A stretch of DNA of 64,000 nt from a virus (IMGVR_UViG_3300020411_001722:1-64000); one strand, 5' to 3'. Counted from the first letter of the stretch, positions 53,922 through 64,000 are shown. Notes: generated by a model from the letters alone, not told the origin. Made by a program: numbers and translations.

Positions 53922-54179
53922 TTATTCGTCGTAAACTCTACACTCCTCAGCGTCAGGATGATTATCACAATAGATCTCAAGTTTAGAGTCCTGATGTCTT
54001 AAGTGCCAGTCATTAATACCAGTCTCAGGTTCATCATTCTTATGATACTCTTCATAATAAGCATGGGATGATTCTAAGTCTGCCTTAGTATACTCTATCT
54101 TACCATGATTAATATGTTCCTTGCCATCTTTAGGATCAAGGTAAACTTCGTGGTCTAAATCGTGCTTAATGTCTGCCAT
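53922..54179 (-). CDS. cp12: CP12-domain protein
   Basis: C-terminal LEIYCDNHPDAEECRVYDE CP12 signature; CTAAATA late-like promoter at 54201-54207. Confidence 0.75.
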   Translation of the reverse strand: MADIKHDLDHEVYLDPKDGKEHINHGKIEYTKADLESSHAYYEEYHKNDEPETGINDWHLRHQDSKLEIYCDNHPDAEECRVYDE

Positions 54180-54209
54180 AGAACTAATAGCGTACTTAAA
54201 TATTTAGTA

Positions 54210-55607
54210 TTATACCCTAACGCTATCTCTTGTGAGTTCTAATGTTGTGGATACACCATCTTTCTGCCAAACATGAGAGACACCTGCAACCAAATACTTA
54301 CCAGAATATGTCTTATCTTCTTCAACCTTACCACTATCAGATCTACCTAAAGGTATCATAACATCAACAACACTTCCTGCAGCAATACCAGTATTACCTG
54401 GTATCTCTATTCGTAATGATATTGCTCTTATCATCTGATACCTTGCCATAGCATAAGTACCAACATCTAAGGTAGCAGATATTGCTGTTGCTGCTCCAGC
54501 ATTAGGATCACCCGCAGGTTTTCCACCTGATTCTTTCTGATCCTTTAAACCTGGAAGTATTCTCATCTTTTGACGAGTTGGAAAATAATCCTCATACTCC
54601 TGTAGATGTGGCATTGGAGTACCCTTTTCAAGAGTATCCATCTTCCTAAACTGTTGTGAAAGTGTTGATTCACGAGGTCCAGTTATTGTACCACCTCCAC
54701 CACCAGAAGTATCCATTGCAATTGCTGAACGTGTCATTGCTGGTAACATAATACCTGCAGTAACATTCTTAATAACACCTGTTCTTAATTTCTCTAAGAT
54801 ATTAGTACGATCAGGGAATGAAATATTGTTTATAAGATAATAATTCCTTTCAGTATTACTGATAGATACGTTGGACTGCTCCATTGTATATTTGTACATT
54901 GGTTCTTGACCACATAAGCGATCAATACTTGTAAAATTGAATCCATATTTATTTTCAAAGAATATAAAACCTGATTGTTGTTGTGATCCTTGACCAGCAT
55001 TGGTACGTGTTACCTTATCGCAGATATAATTAATAAAATCAACAGGTCTCCAGTTAGGAGAAACGAAATTAATACTAGAACAGGATTCAATCGCTCCTGC
55101 GTGTTTGATTTTGTTTCCACCATGTAATTTCTCTTTAATAGCCCACTTAACGATACCTTCCTTTGCTGAGGTACCATCACCAGCAGGACCGAATGTGCCG
55201 AAAATTCTATTTACCTCATTGTTGAATGACTCTGTACTAACACAGTTCAACGTATAGGCACAAGTTCTTTCGGACTTTACAACATTACTTATCTTAAATA
55301 TTTGTCCTTCCCATTTAAGACCTTGATTTTTTGATGCATCAGTGGTGATATCAAGATGAACTATCTCTCCACCACGTAATATATTTAAAAAATCAACTGA
55401 TTCTATAATGGATATATCCAATCTACAAAATGGTGCATCAATTGATTCATACCATATAAATTCTGCTGCTACTTGTCGTAGATCAAAACTATTTTTAGAA
55501 TCCTTCTTAAATCTTGCTGCTATGTCACCACTAGCTTGACGGTTAGTACCACTAGGAATGGTAACCGTAAGATCTTTAAGTTCATAATCTCTTGCTTGCT
55601 GTGACAT
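54210..55607 (-). CDS. Baseplate hub protein (gp27/gpD-like)
   Basis: YESI..P, F.FFEN..GFNF.SID.L, IEIPGN....AG and SGKYLV..V.H motifs. Confidence 0.75.
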   Translation of the reverse strand: MSQQARDYELKDLTVTIPSGTNRQASGDIAARFKKDSKNSFDLRQVAAEFIWYESIDAPFCRLDISIIESVDFLNILRGGEIVHLDITTDASKNQGLKWEGQIFKISNVVKSERTCAYTLNCVSTESFNNEVNRIFGTFGPAGDGTSAKEGIVKWAIKEKLHGGNKIKHAGAIESCSSINFVSPNWRPVDFINYICDKVTRTNAGQGSQQQSGFIFFENKYGFNFTSIDRLCGQEPMYKYTMEQSNVSISNTERNYYLINNISFPDRTNILEKLRTGVIKNVTAGIMLPAMTRSAIAMDTSGGGGGTITGPRESTLSQQFRKMDTLEKGTPMPHLQEYEDYFPTRQKMRILPGLKDQKESGGKPAGDPNAGAATAISATLDVGTYAMARYQMIRAISLRIEIPGNTGIAAGSVVDVMIPLGRSDSGKVEEDKTYSGKYLVAGVSHVWQKDGVSTTLELTRDSVRV

Positions 55608-55608
55608 A

Positions 55609-58086
55609 TTAAGTGAGCATTCCTACTGGAGTGTGATTTTCATTCATCAAACCAAATTTAGGTATCATGAATTCTGCTGCTGCTTGTTGCTTCTTAGGTA
55701 AACCTATAAGTTGAGGTTTACCACCTCCACCTCCACCTACTGCTGGTTGATCTATTGGTTTTAACTCTGATACAGAGACGTTTGCTTGTGCTGCTGCATT
55801 CTCTAATCTCTCATCTTGTGCTTTTTGTGATTGATTAATTCTCTCACCAACACCTGTATTACTTGATGGTGGATTAAAGTTCATATAATCAGCACCATGA
55901 TCCTTACCTTTAATTAGATTAATAATCGTATCAGCACGACGACCAACTTGACCATACCACGCACTATCTTTAAGTTCTTCACCTGCTTTATTATAGTCAC
56001 CTTCTGCAAATGCTTTCCTGAATGCTGGAAATCCATCTGCCCACGCTGGTCCCATATTAAATGTAAGATCAATTAATGCTGCTTTCTGTGCTTCTGTTGC
56101 CTTCTTCCATCCTTTAATCCTTTCTGCTGCTTGCTTATGATGGGTAAAGTCAGCATCAAATAATTTATCTGCTTCCTGCTTAGTTATAGTATCAGGAATA
56201 GACTCATTATTCTCAATTAGATGTCCGTAACCTATAGTGGGGAATCCTAAACTATCCTGATATTTCTGAAGACGTAACCCCTCATGGAGTTTAATCATCT
56301 CCTTAGCAAAACCAAACTGTCCTCCTTCTTCAAAACCAGGAAGTTTATACCCTGCTAATGCTGCTTCCTTCATCCTCTTCCCAGTTAGAGAAGGATCCTT
56401 TCTAGTTGCAGGTGTATCAAATGGTATAACAAATCCACCTTTACTCATCTGAGCAACATATTCCAAACCATGACCAATAAAATCTGTACCTCTACCATCT
56501 AGAGATACAGCATAACCTTCTTGAGGTCCATTAATCCATCCTCCTGCTGCTAATGCTGCTACAGCAGTTGCAGTCATAAGTTTTCCACCCTTTGCTTTAC
56601 CATCATTATCACCATCCTTCACTGTAGCAGTATCACTACCTGATGTTTCCTCACCTCTTATTGCTGCCATAACCTTCTTGACGGCATCAAATACTTTAAA
56701 GAAAGGCATAAGATAAATCTCCAATCCTGTCTGAACTAAATTCTTGAGTTTTGCTATGTATGGTGATAAGAAGTCTTTAATAGTGGTGAATATCTCTCCA
56801 AAGAATCCAAAGGTTGCATCCAATTGTTTCTTGAAGAATCCAATTACATTACCAAATATCTTCTTGATCTGATCAAACATCCCAAGAATGGGTTTCATAA
56901 TAAAATCAAAACCCTTCTTCAGTGTAGCACCAATTCCACCACCTTTAGCTTTCTTACTACCCTCCTCAGCATCCTTTGCAACTTTTGCTTTAATATCCTG
57001 CGCAGCACTCTCTATAAATGCTTTAGATTCATCTGTACCACCTTCTGGACCATAGTGTTTAAAGTCTTCATCTCTTGGGGTAACAGTAGAAAGTATATCA
57101 TCTTCAGTAAATGAATCTGAGTCTTGTTCCTCATCACCACGATTCATCATCTTATTAATACCCCATCCAGCAAGGGCAACACCACCCATTATCAATGCTG
57201 CTTTAGGGTTCTTTATTGCAAATTTACCAACCTTAAACAACCCTTTGGCTGCTATCTTACCTAAGTTGAGTATAAACTTACCTAAACCTTTCAGTAAACT
57301 CATTACAGGTTTAAGTACCGCTTTTGGTTTAGTGATTAATGCAAACAACCCTGCCTTTATTAACGCAGGACCAGCAAATATACCACCCAAAACCATAAAG
57401 AACTTGAACAATCCAAATATCCCCTTAAAGGACTTAGGATTCTCCATAAAATCACTAATACCACCCAGAGCAACCCCTGTTAACCAACTAGCAATCTTAT
57501 ATACAAATTTACCAATTTTAGCGATGGCTTCAACCATCTTCTGAACTTTTTCTGGGTTCTTCGATATCCAATCAAGTGCTGCATATCCTACTAATTTGAA
57601 GAAGAATGAACCTAACTTCTGTAGGAATCCCATTATTCCTTGACCGACCTTCCCTGCTACAAAACCAGCAACATATCCAGTTCTAGCAGCAAGAAGGTTA
57701 GCACCCTCCATCTTTGCTTCTGCTGCATCATCTGCTGCTCTACCTAATGCCTTCTCCTTATCTCTCTTATCATCTCTTTCTCTCTGTGCTTGATCACTAA
57801 GTGCTGCATCCTGTGCATTGGCAATCTTATCTTGTTGTTGTATCTGAAGATTAACAGATTCCTTGAAAGAACTGTTCATACTCTCCATCATAAGTGCCAT
57901 GCTATTCATTGTGGCACCAAGACGATTCAATGCAAATGACATCTGCTTGAATCCAGAGTTTGCACTAGTAACGATCTGTTTAGTGTCAGACTCACCAAGC
58001 TTACGACTTTCGATTCCCTTAAAGGAAACCATCTTATAAAGTTTTGCTTTTGATTCTTTATTTGGTGCAGTTTTCGCCATTAACAA
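55609..58086 (-). CDS. Tape-measure/hub-associated protein with C-terminal T4-type (GH24) lysozyme domain
   Basis: Amphipathic helical N-terminal region; IKLHEGLRLQKYQDSLGFPTIGYGH (E-x8-D-x5-T triad), LTFNMG, DSAWYGQVGRRA. Confidence 0.8.
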   Translation of the reverse strand: MLMAKTAPNKESKAKLYKMVSFKGIESRKLGESDTKQIVTSANSGFKQMSFALNRLGATMNSMALMMESMNSSFKESVNLQIQQQDKIANAQDAALSDQAQRERDDKRDKEKALGRAADDAAEAKMEGANLLAARTGYVAGFVAGKVGQGIMGFLQKLGSFFFKLVGYAALDWISKNPEKVQKMVEAIAKIGKFVYKIASWLTGVALGGISDFMENPKSFKGIFGLFKFFMVLGGIFAGPALIKAGLFALITKPKAVLKPVMSLLKGLGKFILNLGKIAAKGLFKVGKFAIKNPKAALIMGGVALAGWGINKMMNRGDEEQDSDSFTEDDILSTVTPRDEDFKHYGPEGGTDESKAFIESAAQDIKAKVAKDAEEGSKKAKGGGIGATLKKGFDFIMKPILGMFDQIKKIFGNVIGFFKKQLDATFGFFGEIFTTIKDFLSPYIAKLKNLVQTGLEIYLMPFFKVFDAVKKVMAAIRGEETSGSDTATVKDGDNDGKAKGGKLMTATAVAALAAGGWINGPQEGYAVSLDGRGTDFIGHGLEYVAQMSKGGFVIPFDTPATRKDPSLTGKRMKEAALAGYKLPGFEEGGQFGFAKEMIKLHEGLRLQKYQDSLGFPTIGYGHLIENNESIPDTITKQEADKLFDADFTHHKQAAERIKGWKKATEAQKAALIDLTFNMGPAWADGFPAFRKAFAEGDYNKAGEELKDSAWYGQVGRRADTIINLIKGKDHGADYMNFNPPSSNTGVGERINQSQKAQDERLENAAAQANVSVSELKPIDQPAVGGGGGGKPQLIGLPKKQQAAAEFMIPKFGLMNENHTPVGMLT

Positions 58087-60464
58087 TTAACCGTGGCTGA
58101 TGGGTTAGGTCTCATAATAACTAACTCAGATGTTGATTGAGATACAGTCTGTTGTCTAATCTTTTGTATTAATATTGCTGCACTACCACCTTGAACTTGA
58201 CGGTCAAAACTTCTAGCATTGCTATTGAAGGATAGTGAACTCATACTATTACTAGTGTTATTTATTGAAGGTCCAGGACTAATAGATGGTCCCCAATCTT
58301 TCATACCAGTAGGAACATCTGCACCTGTATCAACACTATAATCTGGTTTAAATGTCTTTGGTGGAGTAGTAAAGTTCTCAATTAACTCACCTGCACTTAA
58401 AGGATTCTTCTTTATACCCTCAATAGTAGTCTTAAACTTCTCAACATTAAACCCTTTAACTTTTAATTTACCAGTCTTAGCATCAACATGTATAAGGGTT
58501 CTCTCTGTATTAAATTTTAAAAACTCTTCAGCTCTACGTATTGCTGTTAATTCTTTTGCATGACTCTCATCAAATACTACATCAGGAACATTTACCTTAC
58601 CTTGAGTAATATCTTCTACAGTAATATTCGCTGGTGCTTTAGGATGATTGATAATATCTTGATGATTTTCAACCACGATATCCATATCTACTGCACCAAT
58701 CTTCTCCTTAAAGAAGGATTTAATTATAGTCTTTTGCTCAGATAAAGACTCCCTTAAATCATTAAATTCATCTACTTTATAGACTAATTGAGGTGGTAAT
58801 ATTTTACCTACAGTATCGTTTATTAATTTACCACCATCCATCTTCTCTTCTGGTTTCTTCTTAAACCAGTTTAAAGGATTAACTGCATTTAATACTTGAC
58901 CTGTTTTCTCCTTTACTCCACCCACAAAATTCATTACTGCCTTGGCACCATTAATAATCTTCATGACACCTTTCACAAGAACATCTACAGCAGCATCAGC
59001 TATAAACTCAATGAACGGTTTAATGTAATCAAGACCTTTCTGTATTATATCAACAAACATAAAGATGAAATCCAATGCAGGTTTCATCACCTTAATTTGA
59101 ATCGCTACTATCTTCCTAATTAAATTCTGTACAAATTCTCGCATCTTTCCTAAGAATTTGAAGAATCCTTTAAATGCACCTTCAATAATAGGACCAAGTT
59201 TTTCACCTACCCATCCACCTACCCACTCTCCAACTATACTACCCAGTATAGGTGCAAATGGACCAATAAATGGACCTAAGAAAGCAGTAGCAATTGCTGC
59301 ACCTGCCATACCACCTGCTGCCTTACCTACACCAAGACCTACTGCTTCTGCATTAGTCTTACCTGCTGCTATTGCCTCCTGATATGCACTAACACCAGAG
59401 AATACAGCACCAACACCAGCACCAATTTTAGCAAATTTGGTAAGACCTTTCATCTTACCTAACTTACCAGTCCACTTACCTAACTTAGATTGTAACTTCT
59501 TACTCTTATCACCAAGTCTTTTAACTTTTTGTGCCCATTTATTATTCCTTATCTTACCGCCAAATCTTTTTCTAGACGCATCCTTACCAAAACGTCTTTG
59601 ATATCTCTTTCTTGCTTCCTTCGAAGCATTTCTAGTTCTCTGATTTCTATTAGGTCTTTGATTAGGACCACCACCATCTTCACCCTGATCACGTAATGCT
59701 GTGAATAGATTAGATAATGCCTTAAAATCTCCAACTAACTTCCAAGGCATGAATACCCTAGATGCAAACCATAGTCCACCCAATCCTCCAATTAATTGGA
59801 GTACACCTTTTAATCCTGAAAAAGTCTTCTCAATAAGATTTTTATTAGGATCCAATATATCCCCAAAGGATGTTAATGAATCACCAATATTACCAATCCC
59901 CCATGAGAGGATTTTCATTCCAAATTTACCCCATCCGATAAAGAAGTTAATAGCATTCTCTACCTTCTCAGGATTCTTTTCAATCCATTCGAGAGTTGTG
60001 AACAACCCTAAAGCAATTGCTAACCCCTTTAGAGGTTTAAGTATTGCACCAATGAATCTAAATAAACCTAAAAATTTCGATAACTTACCTTCCTTTTCCT
60101 TATCTATTGCTTCCTGTGATGCTTTCTCATCTTCAGGAGTCAAATCTGTTTCCTGAAGATTTTCAGCAGCAGTATCCTGTTTCTTGTTGAGAAGTTTTTC
60201 CTCAACTCTCTTTCTCTGTTGATAACGCTTCTCTGCTTCTTTAGCAGTATTATTGATTACCTTAACTCTATCCTTGGTATGATCTTGTAGATATTCCGAT
60301 TGAAACTCATGCAACGTATGAATGCTTTTAGTTGAATTCGCAATGCCTGTAAGAGAAATACCAAGGTTATTGACCTGCTTGACATTAGTCACAAACCCAC
60401 TAGAAAACCCCTTCCCTTGAGGAAGTTTTACTGGTTGGTATTTGTAGACTGATAGTTTTGCCAT
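58080..60464 (-). CDS. Tape-measure-like protein
   Basis: Long amphipathic helices, G/A-rich hydrophobic segment, K/R-rich patch; position after gp51. Confidence 0.55.
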   Translation of the reverse strand: MAKLSVYKYQPVKLPQGKGFSSGFVTNVKQVNNLGISLTGIANSTKSIHTLHEFQSEYLQDHTKDRVKVINNTAKEAEKRYQQRKRVEEKLLNKKQDTAAENLQETDLTPEDEKASQEAIDKEKEGKLSKFLGLFRFIGAILKPLKGLAIALGLFTTLEWIEKNPEKVENAINFFIGWGKFGMKILSWGIGNIGDSLTSFGDILDPNKNLIEKTFSGLKGVLQLIGGLGGLWFASRVFMPWKLVGDFKALSNLFTALRDQGEDGGGPNQRPNRNQRTRNASKEARKRYQRRFGKDASRKRFGGKIRNNKWAQKVKRLGDKSKKLQSKLGKWTGKLGKMKGLTKFAKIGAGVGAVFSGVSAYQEAIAAGKTNAEAVGLGVGKAAGGMAGAAIATAFLGPFIGPFAPILGSIVGEWVGGWVGEKLGPIIEGAFKGFFKFLGKMREFVQNLIRKIVAIQIKVMKPALDFIFMFVDIIQKGLDYIKPFIEFIADAAVDVLVKGVMKIINGAKAVMNFVGGVKEKTGQVLNAVNPLNWFKKKPEEKMDGGKLINDTVGKILPPQLVYKVDEFNDLRESLSEQKTIIKSFFKEKIGAVDMDIVVENHQDIINHPKAPANITVEDITQGKVNVPDVVFDESHAKELTAIRRAEEFLKFNTERTLIHVDAKTGKLKVKGFNVEKFKTTIEGIKKNPLSAGELIENFTTPPKTFKPDYSVDTGADVPTGMKDWGPSISPGPSINNTSNSMSSLSFNSNARSFDRQVQGGSAAILIQKIRQQTVSQSTSELVIMRPNPSATVNC

Positions 60465-60647
60465 CTATAGTGATTTTCGTTCCTGTGCTTTTTGTCTCCT
60501 TTCCTCCTCTTGCAAGTGAGCAAGGAGTAAATTCACGTAAACATCACGTTCCCAAGGTATCATATTCTCCAGTTCTGTTAAACTGTACTTATGATGTTGC
60601 ATTAATGCGAAATTCACCTTAAACATATTCATAAGGGAATCATGCAT
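60465..60647 (-). CDS. gp51: Baseplate hub assembly catalyst gp51
   Basis: NFALMQHHKYSLTELENMIPWERDVY..LL signature. Confidence 0.9.
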   Translation of the reverse strand: MHDSLMNMFKVNFALMQHHKYSLTELENMIPWERDVYVNLLLAHLQEEERRQKAQERKSL

Positions 60648-60652
60648 GAGTG

Positions 60653-61357
60653 CTATCCGAAAAAAGCAGCAAGTCCTTCCAGTGGAATAGTACTTTCTAC
60701 ATTAGTTTTAGGATTAGTAACAACCAAATCATGCTTAAGTTTAGGTATAGTGTCAAAGAATTTTTGAACCTGTTGGAATTGTTCAGAATTCAAATCACCA
60801 ATGAAATCTAATGCTTCTTTTAGAGTAAAGGAATCATAAACCTCATCTGCATCATATACTTTATCAATGCACTGAGCAGCAAGTTTAAACATATCCTCGA
60901 TATTAGGATCATCCCTTAAGTTCTGATCGATGAATAGATCCAATGATGGATACTTCATAACGATACCAACTGTTTCGGATAATTTAATATCTTTGGTATG
61001 CTCATCATCTTGTTGTATTTCAATTTGCTCCAGAGGTAATTTCACATCAACAGTTGTTTTATTATCATCTGGGCAAGTTACGGTAAACTCACTAATTTCA
61101 CCAACTGCTTTTGCACGAATACGTAGAAATAGGTATTCAATCTCAAAAGTTGGAATTTTATTCAAATTCGCTTTTAGATCTGTGCAATTTTTGATTATAG
61201 TCTTTACTGCATTGACCATTTCTTTCTCTTTTTGAGATTCCATGGCTAAGTACAGTAATTTCTCCTCCTTAACAAGAAAAGGTCGATATTTGACCTTTAA
61301 GTTCGATACAGGTAATTCGCATTCGTATTCAGGTATCGCTAACTTTGGTAATGCCAT
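60653..61357 (-). CDS. gp26: Baseplate hub subunit gp26
   Basis: MALPK...YRPFLVKEEK.L..EYLFL.IRAKAVGE..CPDD..LEGL..FF; CTAAATA at 61379-61385. Confidence 0.92.
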   Translation of the reverse strand: MALPKLAIPEYECELPVSNLKVKYRPFLVKEEKLLYLAMESQKEKEMVNAVKTIIKNCTDLKANLNKIPTFEIEYLFLRIRAKAVGEISEFTVTCPDDNKTTVDVKLPLEQIEIQQDDEHTKDIKLSETVGIVMKYPSLDLFIDQNLRDDPNIEDMFKLAAQCIDKVYDADEVYDSFTLKEALDFIGDLNSEQFQQVQKFFDTIPKLKHDLVVTNPKTNVESTIPLEGLAAFFG

Positions 61358-61389
61358 AATTTAACATAGTATTGTAGTTATTTAGTAGG

Positions 61390-62142
61390 TCAAATTCCGA
61401 AATCATTTACCTCCGCTTGTTCTGCCCTACCTGCCCCAAGACCTAGATTTTCTAATACTTGGTTTCTAGGACTAAAGTCAATTATCCTATCTCTCTTACC
61501 TGCTCCAAATCCAACATCAGTCATCACCTGATCAAAACGATATCTCTCATATGACCACTCAATATCCATCTTCATAAGTGTTGCTTGTTCATTGTTTAAA
61601 TTCATCACACTGATATTAGTTGGAAAAGCACCATATAGATTCCAAACACCTGTAACTCTATTCAATCTACTCCTAGGTGGTGGTGAACTCTTCGAACTAC
61701 TATCCTGATAAACTATATTACTTCCCAATTCCCACTTTTGTATGATTAGATTAGTTACGTACTGATCATAAAAAGCAGTTCTATTTTCCTGATCTCCTGC
61801 CATCTCATTCATCCAATGTTCAAAGACATGTCTTAGGAATAGATCTTTAGATACAAGGAATGAAATAGTAATAGGACTATTAACTTGTCCTGTGGCATAC
61901 TTTCTCTGCATACCAAAATCTTTAACTTCCGCAGTAGTAACCTGTCTACTAGGTACAGTTACATCATCTGCTGCGAAATTGACATATTCATACCATTTAC
62001 GCCACTGATATACCTCATTATCTCTAAGAATCGCTGGCATACCACAGAATACTGAATATAGATTAGATCTAGCGGGTTCCGCACCTCCAGTACGGACCCA
62101 ATCCATAAATTCTGTAAATGAATTTGGGGTTGTAAATGCCAT
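61390..62142 (-). CDS. Tail tube initiator (gp54/gp19-like)
   Basis: ARSNLY.V..V..P.RQ...F..W..Y..Y...L.GAFPT.I tube-fold pattern; position between gp2 and gp26. Confidence 0.7.
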   Translation of the reverse strand: MAFTTPNSFTEFMDWVRTGGAEPARSNLYSVFCGMPAILRDNEVYQWRKWYEYVNFAADDVTVPSRQVTTAEVKDFGMQRKYATGQVNSPITISFLVSKDLFLRHVFEHWMNEMAGDQENRTAFYDQYVTNLIIQKWELGSNIVYQDSSSKSSPPPRSRLNRVTGVWNLYGAFPTNISVMNLNNEQATLMKMDIEWSYERYRFDQVMTDVGFGAGKRDRIIDFSPRNQVLENLGLGAGRAEQAEVNDFGI

Positions 62143-62618
62143 TATGTACGACTCCAGATGTGACTACTAGGCACCTCCATCCATCTACCCACAACGCTCA
62201 TAACGAACTGTTCTAATGGTAATGGAATCATATCAATAAATTCTTCTCTTGGCACCACTTTAATATTTGTAGCATTAGACATAAAGTATTTATGGTGACA
62301 CTGCAAAGGGTATTGCCTACCACCCAAAGACCATGATTTACCAACTGCTTTTCTCATCTCTGGTCTTAAATAATGGAGATTACCACCTTGAAATTGGAGA
62401 TTTTGCATATCTCTATCATATATCTGAACCATAGGATATTGGTCATACCAAGGTAACTTATCTGGTGATGTTGCTGCACCATATCTGAAAAATATAATAT
62501 CACCAGATAGGAAACCACCAGTATAGTCCTGCAGACCATAAAACATCTGTGAGCGATACCAGTCCTTTGACTGTGAGGATCCCTCTGCAAGATCTTTTAC
62601 ATCCTGAAATATACTCAT
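62142..62618 (-). CDS. gp2: DNA end protector protein gp2
   Basis: LPWYDQYP...GGNLHYL.P..R...HKY...LPLEQF signature. Confidence 0.85.
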   Translation of the reverse strand: MSIFQDVKDLAEGSSQSKDWYRSQMFYGLQDYTGGFLSGDIIFFRYGAATSPDKLPWYDQYPMVQIYDRDMQNLQFQGGNLHYLRPEMRKAVGKSWSLGGRQYPLQCHHKYFMSNATNIKVVPREEFIDMIPLPLEQFVMSVVGRWMEVPSSHIWSRT

Positions 62619-63049
62619 ACCTTTAATTCTTTTTCTGTGAGTATCATAAATTCCATTTTGCGATCTTTACAGTATTCCCGTGCTGCTTTCCACTTCGCTT
62701 GATTAATCCCGTATGTTCTTACCTCAGCAAGATACCTCGGTCCCTTACGTGGTTTCGGTTTTCTAGTTTGAGCATAAGGTTTGACCTCAATGACTCTTTT
62801 CTTGGGTCTTCCCGTTTTGCTTCTAGATTCAACATAGAAATCAGGGAAATAGCGATGAGGACGACGATCCACGGGGCTAATATAGGGAATAATAACTTCT
62901 TCACTTGACCATTTGATAACATTTGCATTCTGATCACACCAATTCATAAATTTTAACTCCCACAAAGACCTATAAATAATATTTGTAGGATCACCTTTAT
63001 ATTTTGTAGGATTTGATGGTTTGAATTTTCCTTTATAGCCTTTTTTCAT
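62615..63049 (-). CDS. gp4: Head completion nuclease gp4
   Basis: GKFKP.NP.KYKGDPTNIIYRSLWE..HRYFPDF..IEVKP..NQAKW.AA. Confidence 0.95.
   Translation of the reverse strand: MKKGYKGKFKPSNPTKYKGDPTNIIYRSLWELKFMNWCDQNANVIKWSSEEVIIPYISPVDRRPHRYFPDFYVESRSKTGRPKKRVIEVKPYAQTRKPKPRKGPRYLAEVRTYGINQAKWKAAREYCKDRKMEFMILTEKELKV
62971..62978 (+). promoter_or_regulatory. T4 late promoter TATAAATA for gp48, inside gp4
   Basis: Perfect consensus 69 nt upstream of the gp48 ATG. Confidence 0.7.
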
Positions 63050-64000
63050 GGCATTCGTATTTCCAAGATTAAAACCACTTGGAGCCTCATCAGATGGTTC
63101 CAGGAAAAGTATTGGTCGAAAATCCAGTTATCCAACTGAATCGATGGATTACTTAAAAATCGATATTTTCGATTCTAAGAAGAATAATCCATATAACTAT
63201 GTAGGTGCCAATGCTGGAACTGGGCGTTCTGCTGGTGTTGCTAAAGACTCGATATTTCTATATTTACCAGGTAATTTATCAGAACAATATACAACAAGAT
63301 ATAATCAACAAACAGCAATCGGTGCTGCTGGTGTTGCTGCTATCGGAAACATGGGTCAGGGAACTACTGAAGGAATTGGTGAAAAGATATCTGCTGCTGC
63401 TACTCAAGTTAAAACTAACCTTGCTGCACAAATTGCTGCTGATGCAGTAAACCTATCAAACCTAGGTAATACGAATTTAAGTCCTAATGATCTTGCTGCC
63501 TTAACTAAAAAGGCAATAATGAACCCATATGAGGAAACCACATTTCAGGGAACTGATTATAGAAATCATTCATTTGATTTCAAAATGGTACCAAAGAGTA
63601 TGGAAGACGTACAAACGATTAAGAATATTATTCATAAACTACGTATATCCATGCTACCTGGTAAAAACTCTACTGCTGGTATAAGTGATGGTCAATCACA
63701 AGACATTTTCACTCAACTTGAAGAAGGTGGTAGAGGTAGAGGAGATCGTTGGTTAACAATTCCAGATTTCTTCCATTTAAGTATTGTGAGATATAGAGGT
63801 TCGCAAGAAAGAGCTAATGAAGCAATGGATAGACCAGCAACATTAGGATATATCATGCAATTTCCAACAAAATGCGTTCTATCTGGAATGAACGTTAATC
63901 TAACTCCAGATGGTCAACTTTCTACTCTAAGAAATGGTGCCACTGGTGATAACGATGAGTATGATTATGGTCCTAATGCATATAACCTATCGTTGACATT
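63048..64000 (+). CDS. gp48: Baseplate tail-tube cap gp48 (3' end beyond window)
   Basis: Manual translation MAFVFPRLKP..DYLKIDI..IFLYLP..NPYEETTFQG..RNHSFDFKMVPKS..L.IPDFF..CVL..M.VN.TPDG; divergent from gp4. Confidence 0.85.
   Translation, partial: MAFVFPRLKPLGASSDGSRKSIGRKSSYPTESMDYLKIDIFDSKKNNPYNYVGANAGTGRSAGVAKDSIFLYLPGNLSEQYTTRYNQQTAIGAAGVAAIGNMGQGTTEGIGEKISAAATQVKTNLAAQIAADAVNLSNLGNTNLSPNDLAALTKKAIMNPYEETTFQGTDYRNHSFDFKMVPKSMEDVQTIKNIIHKLRISMLPGKNSTAGISDGQSQDIFTQLEEGGRGRGDRWLTIPDFFHLSIVRYRGSQERANEAMDRPATLGYIMQFPTKCVLSGMNVNLTPDGQLSTLRNGATGDNDEYDYGPNAYNLSLT

Overview
This 64-kb window is part of a T4-like cyanomyovirus genome (P-SSM/S-SM/Syn9-type phage of Prochlorococcus/Synechococcus), with almost all genes on the minus strand. 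From left to right: (1) 1-19.8 kb is a baseplate wedge module: a giant >3800-aa gp7 running off the window, gp6, gp25, a SET-domain protein, a PAAR spike tip, a 1283-aa structural protein and an NlpC/P60 protein. (2) 19.9-29.8 kb is an early/accessory island of tiny ORFs driven by repeated palindrome plus -10 promoters. It also holds a candidate replication origin with cyanobacterial DnaA boxes, an SF2 helicase, a ~148-nt structured ncRNA and a DNA methyltransferase. (3) 29.8-38 kb is a tightly packed array of 2OG-Fe(II)/JmjC oxygenases plus a flavin-dependent halogenase, directly downstream of Gly-rich fibre genes. (4) 38-48.7 kb holds tail fibre and structural genes, followed by an HNH homing endonuclease. 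(5) 50-64 kb is the baseplate hub/tail module (gp5, hub, lysozyme-bearing protein, gp51, gp26, gp54-like, gp2, gp4, gp48) with an embedded cpeT/2OG-oxygenase/CP12 auxiliary cassette. The most striking observation is inside gp7: nine short 'first-strand' segments are followed by exactly nine 'domain bodies'. This implies a nine-level Russian-doll (nested) domain insertion, itself inserted in a LamG domain, and an intact single copy of the same domain occurs in another gene of the window. All product assignments come from manual motif and synteny recognition; no searches were run.
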